Virus record (IMG/VR): IMGVR_UViG_2061766007_002077
Source of the DNA: an uncultured virus (IMG/VR IMGVR_UViG_2061766007_002077)
Taxonomy: Duplodnaviria > Heunggongvirae > Uroviricota > Caudoviricetes
Length of the DNA stretch: 64,000 nt
Reading direction: 5' to 3' (one strand)
Made by a program: the position numbers and the translations under genes. This document shows positions 54,769 to 64,000 of this stretch, piece after piece; position 1 is the first letter of the stretch; each line of letters begins with the position of its first letter. The notes under the pieces were generated by a model, which was not told the origin of the DNA, ran no database searches, and saw only the letters and a list, made by a program, of their open reading frames with translations.

Positions 54769-55853
54769 TGTGAGATATGCGATACGAATGACTTCATGCT
54801 TGAAAGGGAATTCAACTTGCTTATGAACATCTCTTTGAGGGTTGTGGCGAACTTCTGGGCCTCATAGATTCTGAGAATCAAATCATTGTTCTTGTCAATA
54901 ACAGAGATAAGTCCTTGTGTCTTGGCCTCAACGGAAGCCTTACCCTTGTCGGTCTTTTTCTTTTCCTTCTCTTTCTCGCCTCTGGAAATAATCCATTCCT
55001 TCAATCCCTGAATATCAGGGAACTGTCTATTGGATTCCTTAATTATATAATTCCTATATGTGTTAAGAAGAAGAACAATAATCTCATTGGAAACAAGTTC
55101 ATTGTATCCTTCATCAACCGTAATGCCATTAACCATAAGGTCAAGGGAATCAAGGGTTTCCTCAGCTCTGTCTGTTTCCTCAGGAGTCATGGTAACTCTA
55201 CCGACAAGGCTCGGAATCTTGGCATCCATCTGATAAACATCAGGTACCTCATTAACTGAGGATACTGAAACATCGAAAGAGATATGGATATCATCAAAAG
55301 ATTTACCAGTATACTTGGTATGCCATGCAACTCCTATCGTGGATTTCATAATTGTCTCTGACAAAGGGTCATCAATAGGAATGGCATAAACAATTGTATT
55401 AGGTCTGAAAACAATATATTTCTTATTGTCTATCTCGTCAATCTTGATATCATCTATATGATAAAGGAAATCTCCATGCCAAATCTCATCCTTTGGAATC
55501 TGTATTGAATCAAGACTATTGAACAGATATTCCAACTTGGCACAGAGGTCTGGCCTGTCGGAGAAATTATCTTTTATTTCTTCTACAGATTGGAAAATCT
55601 TACCCTTGTCCCAAGAGTGCTTGAGAGCCACGAATTTCTGTCCATGGAAATCAGAAGCAGCAATAACTGCGGGTGCTCCATCAATCTTTTGTGTGATTCT
55701 TGAAGTGGGGGAATTTCCTTTGAGGGCATTGAAGATATCCCTGAAAGTTCTGAGAAGGAGCAAACAACCTTCCCTTCCCGTAAGAATGAGGTCCTCTGAA
55801 TGTATCATATGCTTGAGGACGTTTCCGGTAATATTTTCTTCTCTAAGTATCAT
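54769..55853 (-). CDS. DUF6267-like protein (KxDG motif; ligase/nucleotidyltransferase-like)
   Basis: LKHMIHSEDL, TQKIDGAPAV, FVALK, HGDFLY, FRPNTIVY, GVAWHTKY. Confidence 0.7.
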
Positions 55854-55958
55854 AATTGATTTTCCGATTAAAAAGATAATTCTATACAATTAGTTAAAAT
55901 CAAGGTATATTCCACTAATCTAAAACTAATTTCATTAAGACTTAATTAGGATATTCAG

Positions 55959-58058
55959 ATGCGTAAAGCCACAGAAAAAGAAATAAATGATTTCATCAAA
56001 TACAGAGCCAACCATGTGGCTCTTGTCCAGAGAATCGGTAAAGTTGTCTTTGACAAGGATTTCTCTGACCATGNNNNNNNNNNNNNNNNNNNTGAGAAAC
56101 TGAATCTCTATGCTTTAAGAAACGCCATGATAAATGGAACTTATCACCCTCATGGAGAGGATAAAAAAGAACTTGATGGACTTGCTGGTGAGCACATCAA
56201 ATCACAGAAACATCACCCTGAATATTGGGACCCAGCAATAAGCCCTAAGAACTTTGATGATAGTAATCCCCCTCAGTGCTTTCCTTCTAGGATGCCAGAC
56301 AGATATCTCTTGGAAATGTGCTGTGACTGGGCTGCTGTGGCTTTAAAAAGAAATCAGCCCCTTTTCCAATGGATTAACAAGAACTGCTTCGGTGACAACA
56401 AGAGATTCAATTTCACAGACAGACAGAAAGACCTTATTGTTGAATATACCAATAAGATAATTGATGCCATAAGCAGAGAGCATCTTGAATATCCTGGAGT
56501 AAAATACACTGCAAAGCAGGTGGAGCCTAAGATTGAATCCAAATTAAATGAATCAGAGGAGCAGATATACTCAGACAAGTTCAAGGCATGGTTCGGTGAT
56601 TGGGAAAAAGACCCCGAGAACTCAAGTAAGGTTGTGGATGATGATGGAAAGCCTTTGGTGGTANNNNNNNNNNNNNNNNNNNNNNNNTTTGATTCATTCA
56701 AACCCAACACCTATTTCTCCAGCAATCCAAACATGGCATCTTGGTATACATCCAATGATGAAGAATGGTTGAACAACCAGTGGTATAGAAATGAGAATAA
56801 AACATATGCCTGCTATCTGAATCTTAGGAATCCTATGATTGTGGATGCAGAGGATGAGACTTGGGATGATATATCCTTTGAAGGTAAGAAAGTAACCACA
56901 GATGAACTCATAGATATAGCCAAGAGCAGAGGATATGATGGTCTGATAGTGNNNNNNNNNNNNNNNNNNACTGACTTCGGTGATGATTATGTCATATTTG
57001 ACCCTAATCAGGCCAAGTCAGCTACAGACAACAACGGTGAGTTCAGCAAGTCAAGCAGATTCAATGAGGATGATTGTGGTGGAGTCTGCGGTGTGGGGAT
57101 GTCAGCTGGATTCCAGGCTATGGCTCCAGAGAAACCAGCCAAACTCGGAGATGGAACTGGGCTCATCGACCCATCTGGAAAATTACCTCTCAAAGAATAT
57201 ATCGTGGAATCCTATAACAAGATACAGGAATCAATTCTTGATGTTCCTATGAAAGAACCTTACGAAGGAGTTATCAAAGACGGAAAGATGGCTCCTGAAT
57301 GTAGGGGACAGATTATTGAAACAATCAAGTTATGGAAGAAACAGATTAACTTTGATTTTAACATTTACAAGATATGGGCAAAGGGAAGCCTTCTCACAAA
57401 GAGATACAATGATACCACAGACCTTGATGTTGGAATCTATACGGATATGAATGATTCCCAGCTCAACCTTGTCATTCCTATTCTTCCTAAGGGACAAAAC
57501 ATCATAGTCAACGGAGAGGAAACTGCTCACCCACTGGACTTCTATGTACAGGTTAAGGAAGATGTCATTGACCTGAGTAATTTTGACGCAGTATATGATG
57601 TGGCCAATGATAAATGGGTAAAGGAACCGGAAAATTATGAGAATGAGATTCCTCTTGATTATCTCATGGAAGTGTCCAATTTCTTCATCAACGGTTGCTC
57701 AATCGCCATAAGGAATTATGAGAATGATAAAGTCTTGTATCAGTATTATGATTCACTCGACCCCGATACACAGGAAATCACAGAGGATGAGAAGGCCCAA
57801 CATCTTGCAGCCAAGAAGAATGACCTCATGGCTGACCTTGATGCCCTCAGAGTCGCCCTCAGAATGATAAGTTCATTCAGAACAGAAGCATATACTGATG
57901 GTGGAATGGACTTACAGATTAACATTACAAGTAATAACCCTCATGTGACTATCCAGGAGCAATTGGCAAAGATTCTTGAGAAGNNNNNNNNNNNNNNNNN
58001 NNNNNNNNNNNGAATGTTCCAAACTTCTTGGAGTGAAACAAGAAGTAAGGGAAAGTAA
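55959..58058 (+). CDS. Three-domain protein: HD-like + ADP-ribosyltransferase-like + Pol-beta nucleotidyltransferase-like
   Basis: HHPEYW/EMCCDW; FKAWFGDW..SKVVD.DGKPLVV, YLNLRNP, GYDGLI, FDPNQAKS; KGSLL...TDLDV. Confidence 0.7.
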   Translation: MRKATEKEINDFIKYRANHVALVQRIGKVVFDKDFSDHXXXXXXXEKLNLYALRNAMINGTYHPHGEDKKELDGLAGEHIKSQKHHPEYWDPAISPKNFDDSNPPQCFPSRMPDRYLLEMCCDWAAVALKRNQPLFQWINKNCFGDNKRFNFTDRQKDLIVEYTNKIIDAISREHLEYPGVKYTAKQVEPKIESKLNESEEQIYSDKFKAWFGDWEKDPENSSKVVDDDGKPLVVXXXXXXXXFDSFKPNTYFSSNPNMASWYTSNDEEWLNNQWYRNENKTYACYLNLRNPMIVDAEDETWDDISFEGKKVTTDELIDIAKSRGYDGLIVXXXXXXTDFGDDYVIFDPNQAKSATDNNGEFSKSSRFNEDDCGGVCGVGMSAGFQAMAPEKPAKLGDGTGLIDPSGKLPLKEYIVESYNKIQESILDVPMKEPYEGVIKDGKMAPECRGQIIETIKLWKKQINFDFNIYKIWAKGSLLTKRYNDTTDLDVGIYTDMNDSQLNLVIPILPKGQNIIVNGEETAHPLDFYVQVKEDVIDLSNFDAVYDVANDKWVKEPENYENEIPLDYLMEVSNFFINGCSIAIRNYENDKVLYQYYDSLDPDTQEITEDEKAQHLAAKKNDLMADLDALRVALRMISSFRTEAYTDGGMDLQINITSNNPHVTIQEQLAKILEKXXXXXXXXXXMFQTSWSETRSKGK

Positions 58059-58168
58059 GGAAATAAAAGATTTCCTTTCAAGATTCTAAAAAAGAAAGAG
58101 ACCCAAAAGGGTCTCTTAATTTTTATNNNNNNNNNNNNNNNNNNNNNNNNNNNNNNNNNNNNNNNNNN

Positions 58169-58864
58169 GTGCAATTCAAGAAGAAGCATATCAAAAGCAT
58201 TCTCTTCTTTGTTTGTCAGATACAATCTGTTGAACAACGAATAGATGTTCTTGGTCTTCGGTTTCCTGAACTGCAACACCAACCAAGGAACAAACCTCAG
58301 ATAAAGTCTGTATGGAAGGTCTATGTAGCACTCCTCAATTAAGGATTTCACTTCATCATAGGAAACGTTTGAGGTTGAAACAAGTATGTCAGCAGGATTG
58401 TCACTTGTCTTTTCCTTTCCATATTCAGACATATTCCAAGGAAGTGCTGACCCAGAACCAATGACATCAAGGATTTCCTTGCTGTCCTTATCGTCTGAAA
58501 AGGTCAGGTTCAACGATGAGTTCATCTCATCATTTGCATGACCCCACATGGCCTCTATAATCTTGAACCTTATGACTCCAGCGAAGGAGCTTCCAACTTT
58601 CCAGTTGGGCTTGTTATATTGGTCAAGAAGAGCCAATGTGGCATCGGTGCACAATTCATCAACTCTTTCAGGTGGAAGAAAAAGATTCTTCCTTTTTATC
58701 TGTTTCAAAGTTAATGACCTTGTGTATGTCCTCAACAGTAGGAAATATTCCTCAAACACCTGTTGATTGTTTCTGTCGGCCAAAAAGAGCTTCTGAAGTT
58801 CCTGTAATCTTTTCTCTGTTTCCGGAACATCAGAAGTCACTTTTTTAGTTTTCTTCTCTTCCAT
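58169..58864 (-). CDS. Sigma-factor-like protein (region 2-like); stop in gap
   Basis: RVDELCTDATLALLDQY...SFAGVIRFKI; SSLN. Confidence 0.5.
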
Positions 58865-60064
58865 CAATCATCCCTAAGCTTACAGATATTGAATTCGTAG
58901 GTTGTTCCGACAGTACAATAGACTCCAGGGGCCTCGTCCTCACTAGGAACTGTATCATCGTCACAATTGAACTTGACAACAAGTTCCTCGTTAGGATACC
59001 TTTCCTTGATTTTCTGGAGAATCTTTCTGAGGGTTTCCGAATCAACGGAAAAACTGCAATTGAAAGGACTCTCAACTCCCTCAAGAACCTTTGTGAGGTC
59101 AGCCGAAGGCTTCTGATATCTTAAAACAACGTCCTCTCCCTTGTTAAGAGTAAATGTTACAGGCTTCCAGATATCACCATCATAGAATCCGGTGAAGAAA
59201 GCAAGACCCTCTCTCAGAGTATCAATGTTCACTTCAAAGTATGTGTCCTTGTTCGCTGGCTTGATTCCCTCAAGCTGCTCGGCTGTGGGAAGTGCAAGAA
59301 CCTTGGCTTCTGATGAAAGGACAAGTTCTGTATGCTCGTCAGCCCAGTAAAGAACCTCATAGTCACTGTCAAACCAAGCTTCCTTATTGAACTCTGAAAG
59401 GATGTCAAGAAGCTTCAGTGTGAATGAGTGAATCTGAATGTGATTATCGTCTTCGGGAAGGCTGTCGAATAACTCAGCGGGAAGTGTGTCCTCAAGGTTG
59501 GCCTTGACAACAACAGACCTGTCCGAATACATTACATCTGTGGAACTGACACCGATTGCATTGATTCTACCCTGGGTTGTGAAAAGATTTCCCATGAGGT
59601 CGAAGTCCGCGAGAATCTCAGGAGTAAGAATCAGCTTGTGATTGAAAGCCTTGATTTCATCTCTTCTTGCGGAAATGAATCTTGTGATGGCATCAGCCTG
59701 CTGGGAGCACTCGTCATAATAAATAAGACTGAGGTTGATTACATCCTGACTTCCATCAATCTTGACTCTCATAAGAGATTCACCAAGAGAAATGTGAAGA
59801 CATTCTGCTCCGTTGAACTTCTGAAGGGTAGTAGCCCACTTCTGATAATCTGTGGAGAAATAAAGGGCTGTTGTGTCGGGAGTAGAACCATTCTCATACT
59901 CCACTTCAAGATTGGTAAGAACCTCTCCGTCACCACTGTTGAGGGCAACTACAAATTCATTCCCAAAGAGCTTGAAACAGACCTTATCCAGCTTTCCGTT
60001 GAGATAGCTGNNNNNNNNNNNNNNNNAAGGCAAGATTGTAATTGTTAATCTTAAAGTGCTTCAT
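58864..60064 (-). CDS. Sliding-clamp (DNA polymerase III beta)-like protein
   Basis: About 400 aa alternating alpha/beta; FEVNIDTLREGL, FSVDSETLRKIL; clamp loader present in window. Confidence 0.45.
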
Positions 60065-60233
60065 AATACTTTTATTATAATGCGCAGAAAAGTGTTTTTT
60101 GATACTTGACATAAATTTTTTTATGCGGTATATTTTATATGTAAAGAAAAAGTGAAAGAACATAAAAAAGATTATGCTACTTGACAGATTTTTCTTTATA
60201 TTATATACTCAGTATGTAAAAGGAAGTAGTATT

Positions 60234-60944
60234 ATGTTGAGAACAAGTGATTTTGAAAATGCGCCTGAAATCGAACTGATTAAAATCGTAAATGACCCAA
60301 ACTCACCTGAGATTGAGTATAATCTTGCTGCAGAAGTCCTCATCAAGAGATATGAAAAGATGATTCACTACCACTGGTGGAAGCTTCAGAAGGAACTGAA
60401 CAACACCGGTTATGTCAACAGTATCAAAGAGGATTTCTATGATGAAGCCTATGAAGCTCTCTTGAAGGCCATCACAAAGGTTGACCTCAACAGAATCGAG
60501 AACAACAACTTCAAGATTCTTCAGTTGGCCAGCTGGTATATCACCAATGTAAGGACAAAGATGAGAAAGAAGGTTCTCACAAAGGTAAGTAAGAACAAAG
60601 GTCTGGTGACCGTGAACCTTGATGACAACGAGGATTCAAACGTCATCGACTCCAATGTTGAGAAGGCTTACAATGATGAGTTCGGATATAGAACAGACCC
60701 TGTTTACTCATATGAGGTACAAGAGGGTGAGGATAACTGCAAGTCAGCGGTAGAGAGATGTCTCAGTATGTGGGATGATGAGCAAAGAAAGATTTTCAGA
60801 TATCTTGAAAAGGGTAAGAATAAGACTGAAATCTCCCAACTTATGAACCTTCCTACAACAAAGGTTTATTCCTTAACCAAGAAGATGAAATCAGATATGA
60901 AGAAAGCCCTTGACTATGATAACCTTCATTATTCTTACAACTGA
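60234..60944 (+). CDS. Sigma70-family RNA polymerase sigma factor
   Basis: LIKRYEKMI, EDFYDEAYEALLKAI, region 4 EQRKIF...GKNKTEISQLMNL; tandem early promoters at 60106 and 60181. Confidence 0.75.
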   Translation: MLRTSDFENAPEIELIKIVNDPNSPEIEYNLAAEVLIKRYEKMIHYHWWKLQKELNNTGYVNSIKEDFYDEAYEALLKAITKVDLNRIENNNFKILQLASWYITNVRTKMRKKVLTKVSKNKGLVTVNLDDNEDSNVIDSNVEKAYNDEFGYRTDPVYSYEVQEGEDNCKSAVERCLSMWDDEQRKIFRYLEKGKNKTEISQLMNLPTTKVYSLTKKMKSDMKKALDYDNLHYSYN

Positions 60945-60964
60945 CATTAGATACTAATTAACCT

Positions 60965-61447
60965 ATGGAAGAAAAAGAATTTAATCAAAGAATGGGTTTG
61001 TCTGATGCACTTCTGGCTCAGGTTACACCTTTGAGACAGGAGTCATTAACAATCATAAACAGCCTTTCAGCTGACATAGCAAAGTATATTCAGATTGTTA
61101 CCTCAAGAGACGAGAAGTTCAAGGAATATCTCAGTTACCTCAAGGACTTCAATTATTCTGATGAAGTCACAACTCCAAGTGACCTTTTCCCTGGAATCAG
61201 AACTGTGGCAGATACCGTAGACCCAGAAGAACTCAATAAGAAAACAGAGACCATGAAGGCTCTGGCAACTGAGATTGAGGAATCCAACAAGCAGGTTGAA
61301 CTTCTTGGTCCTCATACCTTGCAGTCCATGAGGAAACTTTTCAGTGTCCTGTCAGAAGTTCTTATAGAAGAAAATCAGATATATGATGCTGACATTGACA
61401 TTCTACAGGATTTGGATTCAATCTATGATATCGGACAAATAGCGAGG
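60965..61447 (+). CDS. Late coiled-coil hypothetical protein (stop in gap)
   Basis: ACTAATT 5 nt upstream of ATG. Confidence 0.6.
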
Positions 61448-61551
61448 NNNNNNNNNNNNNNNNNNNNNNNNNNNNNNNNNNNNNNNNNNNNNNNNNNNNN
61501 NNNNNNNNNNNNNNAATAATTTATATAAAGGATACCTTTTATAGGGGGCAT

Positions 61552-61836
61552 ATGGATGTTAATGGATATTCAGATGTCTTATATGATAAAGATGAAGGTA
61601 TTGACTATTGCCATTTCGAAAATGTAATTTTTGATTCCAAAGAAGAAGCTATACAGGCTTTTAAAGACTATATTCTTAGAGAAGAAACTGACTTTAAATT
61701 TNNNNNNNNNNNNNNNNNNNNNNNNNNNNNNNNNNNNNNNNNNNNNNNNNNNNNNNNNNNNNNNNNNNNNNNNNNNNNNAGAGGATATTATCCTTATGTT
61801 GTCCATAGTTGGACTTGCACAATAGAAAAGAGCTAA
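61552..61836 (+). CDS. Hypothetical protein (start may lie in gap)
   Basis: Open frame with IFDSKEEA; terminator at 61846-61878. Confidence 0.5.
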   Translation: MDVNGYSDVLYDKDEGIDYCHFENVIFDSKEEAIQAFKDYILREETDFKFXXXXXXXXXXXXXXXXXXXXXXXXXXRGYYPYVVHSWTCTIEKS

Positions 61837-61883
61837 TGATTAAAATAAAACCCACCTGAAAAGGTGGGTAAATTTTTTATAGA

Positions 61884-62084
61884 TTAAAACTCAATCATAN
61901 NNNNNNNNNNNNNNNNNNNNNNNNNNNNNNNNNNNNNATTATCCTGAGAACTTTCCACAACTCTCTGATTCTTCTTCAATGATTCAAGTCTTGTGTTAAA
62001 CTGGCTGACAGGAATCTGCTCATTGTCCAATGTGACCTTTCTCTCATCATTTTCTTCAAGTTTAGTTGTCTGATATGCCATCAT
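61884..62084 (-). CDS. Small hypothetical protein
   Basis: Overlaps upstream gene; AGGAG RBS. Confidence 0.5.
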   Translation of the reverse strand: MMAYQTTKLEENDERKVTLDNEQIPVSQFNTRLESLKKNQRVVESSQDNXXXXXXXXXXXXXMIEF

Positions 62085-62464
62085 TTGTCTCCTTTTAACA
62101 GCCCATTATTTTCCAAGAAAGAATATTGTTCCTTATTGGAAGATAATATCCTTCTCCACCACCTTTCAACATCTTCAGCTGAAATGGGTTGACCAGTTAT
62201 AGGGTCTTTGAAGTCATCCAAGTTGGAATGACTATACCTGTTCAGCAATACAATGTTGTTGGGTTCATATATGAGGTCAGGTCTTTCGGATACGGACCTA
62301 TAATGGGCTGGGTCGGTCTTATCCAAAAAACTTCCCGCGTTTCTTTTCAACATGAAAGTTTCAGATATGGAAAGAATACGCAGAAGTCTGCAAGTATTCT
62401 TATCCCTATCCTTAACTTTCTCCTTTACCTTCTTCCACTCTGAATCGTTACTGTCTCTTTTCAT
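62081..62464 (-). CDS. HNH-like endonuclease
   Basis: WKKVKEKVKDRD..C, DPAH, NIVLLNRYSH. Confidence 0.65.
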   Translation of the reverse strand: MKRDSNDSEWKKVKEKVKDRDKNTCRLLRILSISETFMLKRNAGSFLDKTDPAHYRSVSERPDLIYEPNNIVLLNRYSHSNLDDFKDPITGQPISAEDVERWWRRILSSNKEQYSFLENNGLLKGDK

Positions 62465-63033
62465 TCAGCCAATTTATTCAGTTTGTTTATAAGAACGCAT
62501 TTCTTGAAGAAAACATCGCCAGCATCTTCCATGCTCTTGAACTCACCGGAACGGTAACTTCTGAGGTAAGAGAAAGCCGAGCCATTCATCTTATAACAAT
62601 ACTGCTCATTTGTTTCCTCATTGACGATAATGAACTCATCTTTCATAACGAGAATTTTATCAATCCTATAAACCTCATGAACATCCTCAATAACTGTTGT
62701 TGGCAGGCTATCAAGGTCAGTTCCCTTGGCGATAAGTTCAGCATGCTCGTCAGCTGTCAAGGGTCTCTCAACCTTCAGTGTCCTTGAAATCCTTGGATAA
62801 TGATTATAGGACAAATCCCTCTTTATGTCATGAATGAATGACTTGATAGGGACAACGAAATCCCAGGGATAGAAATACTTCTTTCCTGAGTTCTCATGAA
62901 TGACTGAAACACCCAAATCGTCTGTTGCGAAAGAAATGACAATAGGAGCCTTGTCGGCGAANNNNNNNNNNNNNNNNNNNNNNNNNNNNNCCTTGTATTC
63001 CTCAGAATCCACTTTCTGTAAAATCATATTCAA
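62461..63033 (-). CDS. Hypothetical protein
   Basis: Translationally coupled ORF. Confidence 0.55.
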   Translation of the reverse strand: MNMILQKVDSEEYKXXXXXXXXXXFADKAPIVISFATDDLGVSVIHENSGKKYFYPWDFVVPIKSFIHDIKRDLSYNHYPRISRTLKVERPLTADEHAELIAKGTDLDSLPTTVIEDVHEVYRIDKILVMKDEFIIVNEETNEQYCYKMNGSAFSYLRSYRSGEFKSMEDAGDVFFKKCVLINKLNKLAE

Positions 63034-63102
63034 ACACCCTTGCTATCATCAGAAGCGAAATAATTCTCAATTATACCACTTAGTTCTGCATAATCTTCAC
63101 AT

Positions 63103-63297
63103 TCAACANNNNNNNNNNNNNNNNNNNNNNNNNNNNNTCTTGAACAATGAATAGGCTGTCTTCATAGCCTTGGGGTTTATCTCATTATTTTCAGCGTATG
63201 ACTTTAAATCGTCAGAAATCCCCTTCTTGATTTCATCAGCTTCTAATTCGTTGTTATACTCTGCTTCAAAGAACTTGATTAAATTCTGTTCATCCAT
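63103..63297 (-). CDS. Small dsDNA-binding protein (T4 DsbA/GapR-like)
   Basis: EADEIKKGISDDLKSYAE..EINPKAMKTAY. Confidence 0.45.
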   Translation of the reverse strand: MDEQNLIKFFEAEYNNELEADEIKKGISDDLKSYAENNEINPKAMKTAYSLFKXXXXXXXXXXC

Positions 63298-63357
63298 TTC
63301 TTCATTTTCTCCATTTATTCATTAAAATTTTTTTATCTATGTAATTAGTAATATTTT

Positions 63358-64000
63358 TCACTTGAAAAGCGATATATGCTTCTTGTATTTGAGCCATTTC
63401 CTATCCAATAGGGAATCAAGTGTGGCTCCGGTCTTGGGAATATCCCCCACATCCTTGACCGTGACACCATTTATCGAAGGTGGNNNNNNNNNNNNATCCA
63501 ATCCTTTTTCTTTCATCTTGAAAACTGTATTTCTTCCTGCCTCATCAAGGTCATAGATGTAGACCACTTCCTTAAATTCTTTAAGTAACTCAATCTGCCT
63601 GTCCGTAACATTGGCTCCGAAGATTGAAGTGGAGTTCTTGAACTCATCACAACTGCGAAGAACGAACAAGTCCATCAGACCCTCCACACCATACAATGTG
63701 GAATTTCTGTCAAGATTATCTATATCATAAAGGGTATTGACCGTTGTGTTCTTAGGATAAAGAACCTTAGGTCCGAAATCATCATTGGACAGTCTTCTGC
63801 CCTCTATGGTGGAAAGAGAACCCTTCTCATAAACAGGAATACATATCCTATGTTTGAATCTTGTGTTGTTTATGTAGGTATCCTCGGAATATAGGAAACC
63901 ATAAGTCTCAGCCATCTCCAATGGAATCCCTCTTTTTTTGAGATATTCCACACAATCTGGACTATCAAGGGCTGGAATCAGTTTTGTACTGTCATAATTC
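63358..64000 (-). CDS. DNA primase (Toprim), N-terminus beyond window
   Basis: YLKKRGI, RICIPV, EGR, GVEGLMD, YDLDEAG, KDVGD. Confidence 0.88.
   Translation of the reverse strand, partial: NYDSTKLIPALDSPDCVEYLKKRGIPLEMAETYGFLYSEDTYINNTRFKHRICIPVYEKGSLSTIEGRRLSNDDFGPKVLYPKNTTVNTLYDIDNLDRNSTLYGVEGLMDLFVLRSCDEFKNSTSIFGANVTDRQIELLKEFKEVVYIYDLDEAGRNTVFKMKEKGLDXXXXPPSINGVTVKDVGDIPKTGATLDSLLDRKWLKYKKHISLFK

Noticed and set aside
57941..58128. Extended C-terminus of ORF 57941..58867 overlapping the 699-aa gene
   Set aside because: Read-through of an N gap into the terminator at about 58094-58118; the real stop is in the gap
1..64000. Stop-codon recoding (TAG/TGA readthrough) as in some gut jumbo phages
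   Set aside because: Core genes are long and uninterrupted in the standard code, and both TGA and TAG are seen ending plausible genes
1..64000. CRISPR array, integrase or transposase
   Set aside because: No regularly spaced direct repeats or recognisable motifs seen; content of N gaps cannot be assessed

Overview
This window is a 64-kb piece of a large lytic, T4-like (myovirus-type) jumbo phage genome, read with the standard genetic code. Many short N gaps split single genes into several ORFs in the track, so some starts and ends are approximate. It carries dispersed head genes (major capsid, protease-scaffold fusion, portal, large terminase, gp13-like neck protein), a tail fibre, and replication/recombination genes (RecA, clamp loader, clamp-like, gp32-like SSB, primase, RecU-like resolvase). 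It also encodes two sigma-like factors, GroEL, Hsp20, a tRNA-Glu and an island of about six DNA methyltransferases plus SAM synthetase. The most striking unannotated structure is a probable capsid-cargo system. Several large acidic late proteins look like polyproteins of small modules joined by recurring [LIMFYV]-x-E(S/A)KK linkers that match T4 gp21-type prohead-protease sites. At least six small genes share an N-terminal K-x-W-K-x-x-N-x-L-x-(L)-R-E leader resembling a capsid-targeting peptide. One polyprotein links an HD-like, an ADP-ribosyltransferase-like and a nucleotidyltransferase-like domain. Other notable signals are a 125-nt minimal tmRNA-like gene, a phage-specific ACTAATT promoter box (21 exact intergenic copies), strong GATC avoidance and hints of a spirochaete host. 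All family assignments come from recognised motifs, not from database searches.
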